A stretch of 64,000 nucleotides of DNA from Azolla caroliniana. Taxonomy: Eukaryota > Plantae > Polypodiophyta. The stretch covers positions 12,462,001-12,526,000 of the forward strand of contig JBHGNT010000021.1 of NCBI GenBank assembly GCA_043228905.1. Reading direction: 5' to 3'. The number at the start of each line of letters is the position of its first letter. Position 1 is the stretch's first letter. A program made the position numbers and the translations under genes. The notes beneath the pieces are model-generated. The model was not told where the DNA came from, searched no databases, and saw nothing but the letters and a program-made list of their open reading frames with translations. Positions 37,919 to 49,228 of this stretch are shown piece by piece.

Positions 37919-39437
37919 CTATGGATCAGAGATGAAGGTGCTCAGTGTGCGGCATGTGGCCAAGCATGCGTATAATGGTCGATGTCTGTTGCCGCCGAAA
38001 AGTGATGATGGTGGTCGTTGATGGAGATCATGTGGTGGATGATTATAGTGGTTCATGTCTCTATTGCCGCCGGAAAGTGATGATGGAGGTTGTTGATGGA
38101 GATCTTGTGGTGGATGATGCGAAGGACTTGTACGAAGGGAAGCATGAGTGGTAAAGTTGGAGTTCGGGTTATGGTGAGGGTAGGCCGAGTTTGTGTTCGG
38201 GCCTACTGAAAGCTCGTTGGATCTGTAGAAAAGTACTTTTGGGTTTCGATGGTTGAGGTTGTGAGGATATGGGTTCATGCTAACTTCATTATTATTTATG
38301 TTGCAGATGAATTGAGGATGGTTGCAGTGGTTGGATGATCCGCGGTGAATTTGTGGTGGAGGAGGCTTCGGGTTTGTTGTTCGAGGCCAAGGGTTAGGGT
38401 TTGTGTTAGTGTTAGTTTTTAGGTTGGGAATTGTTTTAGAGTTAGGGTTAGGGTTTGTTCTCAAGTTAGGGTTTATGTGCTGAGCTGTATACTAAAATTT
38501 GTTATATTGATCTTTCTCAAAACTATCGACAACTTTCTTCATATCCTCTTCAATATCATCATCTGATTCCATATCTATATCTATCTCTCTAATATGGTGC
38601 TTACTTGTGCTTTGAGTGTTGTCATTTATTGATTGGGCTTTATCTTTTCTTTGCATAACAGCTACCTTAAAGGCTTCCCTATAAGTGAATGAGAGAGCTA
38701 TAGTATTACATTCTTTTAGAATATTAATTGCTAACTCTTCTTGGAAAATTTCAAGTTGTTTGCTAAATGAGTTTGGGTTTGAATCGGGTTCCTCTACTTC
38801 GTCAAAACAAACAAGGGCTTTTAGGAGATTAGCAATTTTGAGTATATCCGATCGCACAGTTATAGGAAAGTCATCTACTGTTTTTGTGTAGTAATGGACA
38901 AGACTATCTAAATGCTTAACATATGTAGTAGTGAGATCTTTACTATATTGTGTTGTGATGGAAGTAAACTCTAGTTGTAGGCTTTTATTGATATCTTCCT
39001 ACTCAATAATTAGTCTAGGGGGATGGATTCTCAAGCTATGAGGGGCTATATTATGAGAATTTAGGTTTGACATATGAGTGTATGTTTTTTTAGCTTTTTA
39101 TGCTTTTCGATAGAGGTTTTTAAACTCTGTGATTATCCTACACTTGTAATCTTCAAAGTGTTGGGAAATTAGCGGTGATTCCGTGGAGATTACCTGGGTA
39201 CTAGTAGTTTTTGGAGGGGTCAGAGTAGTTGAAACTATTGGAGCTCGTGGTCTTTTAGTTGGACGTTTGTTGGCGCTTCTAGGTTTCGTAGGAGTGGGTG
39301 TAGTGGAAGTAGCCGCCGCAAAAGTCATCATCTGTTGTGGAGGGAACTCAACATTGTATGGTGATTCGATGTGAGTCGAAGTATCACTATTATGGGTTCC
39401 AAACTCCGATGATTCAATGTCTATAGTTCATACTCAT
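37919..39437 (-). pseudogene. PLE ORF1-like region (helical/coiled-coil followed by N/P/H-rich low complexity)
   Basis: ORFs 39098-39331, 38492-38857 and 37919-38464 share one frame separated only by stops; APHSLRIHPP motif. Confidence 0.6.
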
Positions 39438-41662
39438 TTTTTTGTAAAGTTCTAAAGTGAGGATGATAGAGATGTCTTGATTTGCATCCCAAAAGTATGC
39501 ATGTGATACAACGCAAATATTGCAACCATACTTATGTTGGTGGTTCACAATGGATTAGAGTCCACTTATTGGGATTGAGAATGAACCGATATATAATATA
39601 GACCCTAGTCAATCCAATCGAACTTGTCAATCCACTCCAACTTTGAGATGATTTACTATACACATTTGATTGAATCATTCTCGAATGCGAATGCACGTAT
39701 GATACGTATGGTTCATTCTATGATTTGGTCTTAATCACAATTAGTGCTGCTATTAGGAATTAACATTCCTAATCATATGGCTTGTTATTAATCCACCCAC
39801 TTGGCACACTTACATTTATGTCTCCTTTTTTTGTCACTTCTTTACGATCTTTGATCCCATGCTTGTTGGGCAAAACAAAACATTCTTCTCACTTCCATCG
39901 CATGCGGTTCTCTCTCTGCCCAATGACAATCTTTCCCTTCTCAACACTTTGTTAGCTTGTTTATGTCTCCCGGATTTCTGGTCATTGATCTACATATGTC
40001 AATCAATGTGTTCTCAATACATGTACTCTCGCCTCGAAAACAAATGAATGTACCTATCACTCAAGTAGTTGTCTTACAATAGACACATGGCTCGATGTTG
40101 GTAGTGTAGGCTTTATATACAACTTTTGTATATGTGCTCACATCTTGGCTTCTAAGTAATTGACTTTGCACAATATATTATGGAGCCAACATGTTGGTTT
40201 ACATGCAATCAACTTCACACTCTTCGATGAATCTAGTCCCTCTCTCATTAGTTTACTATTGAGATCGTATTCCTATGCATTCTTTCTTTTTCTCTTTCAC
40301 ACTTTGCGCAACTAAAATTGACCATTCGATCCACTATATTTTACCATAATAATCTAGTGATTTAATATTTGCTAGTGCAAACAAGATTCAATTACAAAAC
40401 AAACCTTGTGTACAACTCTAGCGCAAATTGATTGTGAGCACATGTCAAACTACATGTGCAAGATTATCATGGTATTGACCCTACCTCCTATGTATCATAT
40501 GGTATAAAGAGGAGCTTTCCCATTGTTTCCTCTAATTTGAAAAGTTTTCATGATTGGGCTACAACTTGCTCCTAGAAACACTATTATAATTGACATATAA
40601 GTGAACAATATTATCAACCCAAATCTTCTATCACTATAGCTTTGATAACACTTTGATACTCATAGAGAGGATATGTATGGTCATTAAATTTACAAAGTCA
40701 TCAATTGCAAAACCTTTCTCTTAATTGCAACATATTGTTTTGAGGATCCATGTGTGCTCAATGCTTATGTGATGGTTTGTGTTATTCTCATCATACATGT
40801 TCCCACACTTTCTCATGGAGGAATGCTTGATAATTATATGAGGAAAAGTCTTAAATGCGTCCAAAACCTATTCAACTTCATTTTCATTGTGATAGAGCAC
40901 TTGCATCAAACTTGTTCTCATCAAGGAAACATGTTATTATATAATCCACAAATGAAACTTGTAAGGATTTGTAACTAGTTCCAAATGGCATGTGATTTCT
41001 ATACTTTATGTCTTCTCAAATCCACCACATGTTGATCATTCACGTTCTCTTCTAAATATCTTTTAAGTTAAGTTTTTTAATGTATAGGTTTTCGTGGAAG
41101 TTAGAAAATTCTTATGCTTAAAGTTTTCTCTACCTAATATCTCTTCTATCATTCATGTATGGATCTACAATGAAAAAATAATAAGATGAGAAACTTTAAG
41201 CTAGGTAGGGAGTTCTCTCTTCTTATTCTTCTTATTCTGCTCACATGCACTTGACACATTATTTTCTATCTTATTTATTTCCATAAATGTAACAAATAAC
41301 TCTCTTTTTCTCCTTAATTATTTTATCATCATAGACACATTTGTAATGGTAGTCTTCACTTTAGGGTTCAAATCCTTACATTTAATACAAATTTTTTACA
41401 TCATATATCACTTCTCCCAACCTATGTGCTACATTTGTGTATTTGAATAATGATTTAAAAATATCCAAATTTGACAAAGTAATGTCAATAGTATGGCTTA
41501 GTTGGCAATGAAATTTAAACCAAAATAACTAAGTCAACCATCCAAAAATGACTTAGTCATTATAGTTAAAGTTGTCGAAACAACTTTAGTAATTGTTAGG
41601 TGAGAGTAATAAGTCTTGCCAAAATCAATGTCACTTGGTAAGTTATTATGGTGAGATGTGAT

Positions 41663-42050
41663 GGACATGACAACAATCATGTCATGATTTGAACTCTGGA
41701 CCTATTGCATTTAATCGATATGTTTTAACCAATACATCCAATATATAATCATGTTATCTTATTAGATTATTGTAGATTATCTATTCTACATGTAGGATTT
41801 TAGAAGATCCCAGAAAACTCCAGAAGCTAGAACATTCTAGAAGCTTGTGCATGCAAATGAGTCTTTGCATGGGGCTACATTTAGAGCCCATAAACATGTA
41901 TAAATACAAGGGTTCACCTTGGCCTTAGTCAAGATGAACAACACCAGTTACAGAATCATAATTAAGTTCTTGTTCTCTTGACTACTTTCTCTCTCTCTCT
42001 CTCTCTTTCTTATTATCTTGTCTATGATATCTCTCTCACTCTCTTAGTAT
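41663..42050 (+). repeat. LTR-like sequence (left arm of inverted pair)
   Basis: Architecture like the chromovirus LTR (tRNA-like head, ctagaa repeats, TATAAAT, (CT)n); inverted copy at 42054-42271 plus 45811-45902. Confidence 0.75.
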
Positions 42051-42273
42051 TGAAATAAGAAAGAGAGAGAGAAACTAGTCCAGAGAACAAGAACTGAATT
42101 ATGATTCCGTGACTGGTGTTGTTCACCTTGACGAAGGCCAAGGTGAACCCCTGTATTGATACATGTTTATGGGCTCTAAATGTAGCCCCATGCAAAGACT
42201 AATTTTCATGCACAAGCTTTCTGGAAGCTTCTAAAATCCTACATGTAGAATAGATAATCTACAATAATCTAGA

Positions 42274-45200
42274 TGTCGTGTGGCGCGTGACACACGTGCC
42301 AAATGTCGCGATGTGCGTGTCACATAGGCGCAGACAAGCACTGGGCCTCTATCCGCTAGTGGTTATGGAGGAGATGAATTGGTCGTTTTAGGTTTATTGT
42401 CAAGTTGTTCTTTGTTGTCAAAGACGCACCCAGACTAGAATCAGCGGTGCGGTGGATTGATGTGTAGGCGGTGGTAATGTGGTGGTGCACAATGTTTATC
42501 GGACGACGACGACGACGACGACAAAACGATCTTTGCCGGTGCTATTTCCCTCTTGACGAGAATTCTAGAGATAGAGTGAATGACCACACGAAATGAAATT
42601 GTAGTAGCCAAAGTGACGTACTAATGTGGTTGTGAGAGATAGATAGATAGATAGATTATATTATCGTCTTCGGAGGTCAAATATGACCTATGAGACCAAA
42701 AATATTACATTTCATGTGATACGTGTGAAAGTGAGTAGTGACTCTCGATGTTCAAGAACTTTACCAATGAATGGTGCAATCGAGAGTGCACATTCTAGTT
42801 GTGAGAGGAATTCATGTAAAGATTGGGCTCGGTCGAAGAGAGAGAGAGAGAGAGACGGGAATTGAGGAAGTGTTTAAGATAGATAGATACATGGATGGAA
42901 ATTCCAATTCTAGGCTTGAACCCTTGACATCAATATTGAGAAACAAGACAAGTCACCAATAAGATGAGTAGGTTTTTTAATATTAAGATGTTGATTCGAT
43001 ACATAGCTTGATTGATGCCTAGATTAATCCCCCTTCTTTCTTTCTTATATAGATGTCCCCATGCATATGATGCATGTGAGGGTGTAAGACATGCATACAA
43101 TGCATGAGATGCATGCAATGCACGATTGCCATTTGGTGCTCATGCATCACATGTGATGCATGATGACCATGTCCCTCATTCAAGCTCTAATGTATGAGCA
43201 TTTACATGTGAAAAATACAATGATGAAAGTATTAACAACTTAGCCTAATGGTAAGTCAATTGTGTTTTAACTTGGAGGTACAAGGTTGAAACCTTACTTG
43301 CACCCCTTGCTATGCACGAAAATGCTACTAGGCCTTAGGGGTTCTCATTTCATTCATATTTACAGCATGTTAACGTACGAGTGTAACCATCACCCCATTC
43401 ATTCGTGTGCACATTGCACCTTCTCGATTTTCACACTGTTGCCGAAAATCTTCATGACATCCACCCCCACCAAACCGCACGTCCTCCACATTGCACCTTC
43501 TCGATTTTCACACCGTTGCCAAAAATCTTCACAACATCCACCCCCACCAAACCGCACATCCTCCGGTACGTGCCAAGAAAAGAATGTGAGATTTCGGCTA
43601 TGGTGAACAATCAATTTCCTCCACGTCCTCGTTGACCTCGCTCACGTTTGCAGGTTCCAACTTCATTGTAAAGGACCCTCAACTTGTTTTTTATTGAAGA
43701 TCTTTTCGTCGTAATGGGTATGGTCAATCTCAATCCGTCTAGCTCCACGAGGTGATAGGTGGCGTTGTCTTTGGCATGTGTCACCTTCTTGCGAACTTTC
43801 TTTCTCATTTTGTGTTGGTTGTCAAGGTTGTTGTCTTAGACCAATACCCAACCTCCTTCGAACTTCTTGGGGTGCAGTCGATGCGTCTTGTCGAACCGAA
43901 TCCAAAAAGCGGGTGCTTCTTCTTATTAGGCAATCCTTTTCTTTGAGATAGGAGATGGAAACATTGGCAATACAACCTCCTCTGTTTAGTTGAACATCCC
44001 ACCATCTTGATGCATCTTTCCCTTCCTTCCCATGGGTAGACCTCATAATCACTTCTTTCCTTTCTTCTTCATAAGTAATAACCATGCATTTTACCACAAC
44101 ATTATCTTCTTCAATAACAACCTCAATGTTAATATACTTACATCATCATTATAGTCATCCTTTGAGTTAACAACATCTTTAGTCACCAAATTATTTATCA
44201 CGAGATAACCATCATATTCAATATCATCTACCCTAAACTCATCCTTCCTGCACACACTCACTACACCAACATTATCATCATATACATCCCAAACCATCAT
44301 AACATTTTCTAGATTATCCTCAATCTTATCAACCTTAATCCCATCCTTCCCACACATACTCACAACATCAACATCATCATTATACACATCCCAAATAACA
44401 TTTTCTAGATTTTCCTTACTTATACCCTTGTGATAATTTGTGATAATTAAGTAACCCTACATCTTTATGGACATATTTTTGTACAACATCCTCATCATCA
44501 CAAATCCCTATTCTATTTTCATAATCGATATCCTCATGAATGTCACCATTTGATTTAGTGAAACTGTTATAAAATCTATCCCGAAGAAAACCAAGGTAAC
44601 CTAAAACACACAATTCCTCTTCATCACTCTCACCCTCATCATTACCCTTATCATAACCATATCCATAGAAAGTGCACAAATTTTTATCATCAACCCTCAT
44701 TCTTCTCATGGCACTCATTCTCACCCTCAATAATACACTCTTCCTTACTATCATCAAGCCCTAAATCATGCGTATTGTTATTATCATCACCATCATTACA
44801 TTTAAATGTAAAGTTTTCATCTCCTCCTAACTTCTTCTCTTGTTCGTGGCTCTCATTAAACCTATGATACTTGTCATCAAAATCTAAACCTTGAGAGTCT
44901 TGATCCCAACTACACTCACCATCATGACTTTCGTCAAGTGCTTTTTCATTAGCACAACCATGAAGAGCTCGACATTGATTCCTCCTCTTGTGTTTGCAGT
45001 AATCTTTGTCACGATCATAACCTTGTAGATCTCGAGCACTCTTTGTGAGTTTGTAATGATCGTTGTCTTTGTTCTTTGTTCCATGTCTCTTCATTATCGC
45101 ATCCTTCTCGATCTTCCCTCTTGAGTCCACGTTTTTCGTCACATGTTTCTCCTTTGTCGAGTTTGCAACGATCCTCGTAACGACCATAGGCATGTCGATC

Positions 45201-45813
45201 TCGATCTCGATCTCTCTCTTCAAAGCCTTGTTCTTCGTCACATGTCTCTTCACAACCACAACTACGCCGATCTCGATCATCTTCATCGTCGTCACCGTCG
45301 AGCAAACCATAAAAAGGTTGAGGCCCGAATCTTGACGTCAGAACCGCTTCGTACCAATCCGGAATTTCTGGATATAGTCTTTCGACTTGCCTTCCCAACT
45401 TGAGATACTCCAACGCTCTATCCTTATCATCATGAAACATCATTTCGATGGCCTTCCTTACAAATGGAAGCATCATGAGCCTCAGACCACCTTCTATTCT
45501 TATCGACTCCTCTAAGTCGTATGCATCCAAGATCACATCCATCATTCGCGATGCCCCCATTACCACCTTGTGTTGTTCACGTCGCGTTAACCAAATCGAT
45601 GTTGCGTGGCGCGTGACACACATGCCAAACGTCAGGATGTGCGCGTCACAAGCACGGACAAGCACCGAGCATCTATCCGCTAGTGGTTATGAAGGATTGA
45701 TGATGGGATTTCTGCACCTATGGGTCGGTTGAACGGGGCCACCAAGGTCTTTGACCAGGGAGAACGAATCAAGTAAGTTGTGCCTTCAAGGAATTGACCG
45801 TTTAGGTTTGACA
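42274..45813 (-). mobile_element. Non-autonomous gypsy-type LTR element with tRNA-Trp PBS (gag-like ORF, acidic filler, integrase tail; no RT)
   Basis: Direct repeats starting tgtcgtgtggcgcgtgacac (42274) and tgttgcgtggcgcgtgacac (45600); PBS 45576-45593; integrase tail NATYHLVELDG at about 43730-43770; purine tract near 43615-43632, so 3' LTR is about 42274-43609. Confidence 0.7.
45576..45593 (-). other. PBS complementary to tRNA-Trp 3' end
   Basis: Plus strand ttcacgtcgcgttaacca versus plant tRNA-Trp 3' end TTCACGTCGGGTTCACCA as recalled (2 mismatches). Confidence 0.7.
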
Positions 45814-46193
45814 TGATTATGTATTGGATGTATTGGTTAAAACATATCGATTAAATACAGTAGGTTAATAGTTCGAATCATGACATGATTGTTGTCATGT
45901 CAATGACATGAGAAACTATGATCAATTTTCTCAACTAACCTCATAACTCCATGTTTCTTGCAAATTTCAAGGTTAATTTCATAATCCTAGATCAATGAAT
46001 ACAAGGTACATTCGACTTGACTTGACTTGACTTGAATATTCATTAGTAGTAGATATACCTTAAGCAGTAAAAGCTATTAATGATGTCATTGAAAGCCCAA
46101 ACAAGTAAGTGCATAATCTACCCATTGAGAAAATGACAACTATGTATATGTATCTTTGCAAGAAATAGTTATGAATTTGCAACGTGAAATACA

Positions 46194-46505
46194 TGCTTGT
46201 AAAGAAAGAGAATTAACTTTATAACATGCAATGGAGATGCAAATCATAGAGCTGCAATGTTTAAAAGAGGAACTACATGCAATGAAAAACATGACTCTTC
46301 AAATGCAAGATAATCATATGTTTGAAATGGAAAGAAAATTGTTAATAAAGAGAAATATATGCTTGTAAAGAAAGAGAATTAACTCTATAATATTCAATGG
46401 AGATGCAAAACAAAGAGTTGGAATGTTTGAAAGAGAAACCACATTTAATGAAAAACACGACTCTTCAAATGCAAGATAATCGATGCTTGAAATGGAAAGA
46501 AAATT
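46194..46505. repeat. Tandem duplication, about 165-bp unit
   Basis: tgcttgtaaagaaagagaattaact...gactcttcaaatgcaagataatc...gaaatggaaagaaaattgt twice. Confidence 0.8.
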
Positions 46506-47156
46506 GTGAATTCTAGAGAGTCGAGACTAGAAGTAGAAAAGGATGTGCTAATGATTGCACATGTTAAATTGAAATCTACACTTCAAGAAAATAAATATGT
46601 GATCAGGACATAGTGAATATGGAAGAAATTCTAAGAGTACAAATATACAAATGTAAAAAAGCAATATGAAGCAGAAAAAATTAAGAAATGTTGTTATTAG
46701 AGGGATATTATGGGATGAATAACACAATGCACTTTCTCTAATAGAGAATATTGCAAAAGTCTTCAAAGATCACTTTGCTATGGAATATGTTATTGTAAAT
46801 GCCATTAAGAAAAGGGAACATGTCGGTGAACTATTGTTTGCACAATGTAAAATGAGTGCAAAAGAACTATCATTTTAGGTAGTAATAAGGTTTATCTAAA
46901 GGGTATAACCGAGAATCGAAATCCAAAGGAGCAACAATGCAGAAGGCAAGCATATGCATCTAGGAAAGGAATTTAGAATGTATATCAAGTGATATGGTTT
47001 GGGGACTATACATTCCTCACGTTTGAAAATCATGTTTTGAAATTTTAGAGGTTATGGGGTTAGGACAAAATTATGTAGCTCACGATGTTGATGTTATACT
47101 TTTGGTTGAAACTTAGAAGCATTATGACACGGGCATCTATACAAAAATAACATACT

Positions 47157-49135
47157 TGTCATGAGACTTGAACCCACAATCTCTATTATATAGATAAGCA
47201 TTAACCAATAGATCATCAGTTTACATATATTAATATTTTTTGAGATGTTGCTACCTCGACACAGTCTAATGCATGATCACCAAATGGCACGCTTCTATGA
47301 ATTCCAAGTGGTGATCATGCATGGATGTGAAGTGGTGTTGCATGCATGGGTCCAACCATGATATGTAAGTAGGTGCTTTAGTTTTTGATGAAGCGAACCA
47401 TTTTGGTTCAAAATATCATGGCCATAACCGAGAAAAGATACAATGTAATAGAAAAGAATAAGAAAAGAAGGGAGAAAAGACGAGGAGAATGTAATTATAT
47501 AGTAACAAAGAACAAGTGGAAGATTGGAAATCAATTGCTAAAGTTAATCTTGATTCTATAATTACATTTAGACATCAAAGTAAACATGGTCTCCTTGCAC
47601 CATTCAATATGTTCAAAGTCCTCAGCCAACTAGATGAATTGCTAAATGGGTAAGTTCAACCAAAATATGAGCCATTTATTGGACAACCTATACTTCAACG
47701 AAAGTAGTGGTTCCGTTGCATCAAATCAAGTGAATAAGGTTTTTGTAGCACAACTCAAATTTAATACTTCTTGATGTATCAAGTTCTTACCTTTTCTATC
47801 TTAGATTCAAGAGACAACTTTTGCTTCATGGATGTTATGGCTATAACTTTACGAACTAATTAATTAAGCTAATTTTAATATGTTAATGCTAGGATATTCG
47901 GGAAACCACTTATCTTTGGAACTATGACAAACCCATGTGGACCTATGACACATGGGAACACATAGTGGCCTTGGAGCCTTAGGTGTTGAGGTATATAAAG
48001 AGGACAAGCTATTTCTTTCATTACAACATTTAGAGGCACTATTGAGACTCTATTGGTGAGGCAAAGCCCTCTCCTTAAGATTCATTATCATGCATCCAAG
48101 GTATAATATAAAGTAATATTCAATGGTATGGGAAACTAATGGTATTTTATGTTCATCGCATGTCTTTCATTTAGGAATGCTCAGTGTAGTTATGCAATAT
48201 TAATCAATTTTTCTCCTTAATTTCACATGTCCTTCATTTAGGAATGCCTGCTACGATACTCGACTCCCTTTATTCGGATGTTTGTGGTGCTTGGCTCTCT
48301 TTGCTCATTTCACACCTTGTCCCACTTGTCGCACTGGATAACACCTTGGTTCAAGCATCTAGTTGTCCTCAATCTACCTTGGTTCTAGCGTCAAGTCATT
48401 TTTTAAAGATTACCGAATACACACACACATTCGGGCTATTAGGGACCCCCACCTCCATATTATTAAAGATATTTATACGGATTTAGACGTGGAAGGGCTA
48501 TTATTGATTTGGAAAAAACATTTTTATTCTTGAAGATTGCTTGTAATGTGATTGGACATATCATTCATAAGGAGGGCCATTTAGGATTGGTGAATTATCT
48601 TTTGTACGATAACACAATGAAAAAAATGGCGAGAAGGACTAATTAAAGTCAACTGAATAAAGGGAGCCGAGGGAGCCGAGGATCGTAACAGGCCATTATT
48701 CGGTTGTCCGTGGTGCTTGGCTCCCTTTGCTCGTTTCACACCTTGTTCCACTTGTCCCACCGGATAACACCTTGGTTGAAGCATCTAGTTGTCCTCAATC
48801 TACCTTGCTTCATAATCTGTAGATTGATTGGAGAAAACAAACAATCCTCAAATCCTAGAAAAACCACACATTTGACTTCCCTAATTTTCCAAACTCAAAT
48901 CTAGTTTGTCATAAGATCTCAACAATTTCTCTACAAAGGTTATGAAATATAGGGACAAAAAGAAAAAATATTTATATTTGCAATAGTATCAATACCATCG
49001 TCTATTCCATAACGCATGGGTGTCTTACTTCCAACAAAGTATGAAGAATTTAAAGATGTATTTGTTAAGGAAAATGTTTGTGTGCTTCAAGAACATCAAC
49101 CTTACAATTATCCAATTGATTGTCAACCTTATGAA
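47157..49135 (+). mobile_element. Old degenerate Tcn1-like chromovirus remnant
   Basis: TGTCA-started tRNA-like LTR head at 47157; decayed gag/pol junction and LDS.D..CFMD at 47630-47835; LPTKYEEFKDVF..HQPY.YPID at 49025-49130. Confidence 0.6.
48272..48807. repeat. Direct repeats of about 110 bp (48272-48381 and 48698-48807)
   Basis: gtggtgcttggctc...ggataacaccttggtt.aagcatctagttgtcctcaatctaccttg twice. Confidence 0.8.
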
Positions 49136-49228
49136 CATCTATACAAAATAACATATCCATCATAAAAAGGTATCTATAACATAATCATCACAAGAAGTTC
49201 ATAAGGGAACTTGAACAATGTATGTATA

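Larger units (their letters stand above)
34749..39440 (-). mobile_element. Penelope-like element (PLE), apparently endonuclease-deficient, degenerate
   Basis: IHNLSNYALSKLEIKLLNLGLKFIP, YFLPKVHKTPVSYRPICS, FDVESLYPSI, GTAMGS, RYIDD, LPFLDL, YIPYSS, NELKRY, RLRAQGY are hallmark PLE RT motifs; upstream helical ORF1; no GIY-YIG seen. Confidence 0.85.
42054..45902 (-). repeat. Inverted copy of the same LTR, split by a nested element at 42274-45813
   Basis: 42054-42271 is the reverse complement of 41763-42014; 45811-45902 is the reverse complement of about 41663-41752. Confidence 0.8.

Noticed and set aside
34700-39500. Hammerhead ribozyme expected in PLE termini
   Set aside because: No CTGANGA...GAAA core found by eye on the sense strand; it needs a covariance search
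41663-45902. Possible DIRS or DNA transposon with long terminal inverted repeats
   Set aside because: No tyrosine recombinase or transposase and no TSD; explained by inverted LTR copies plus a nested element
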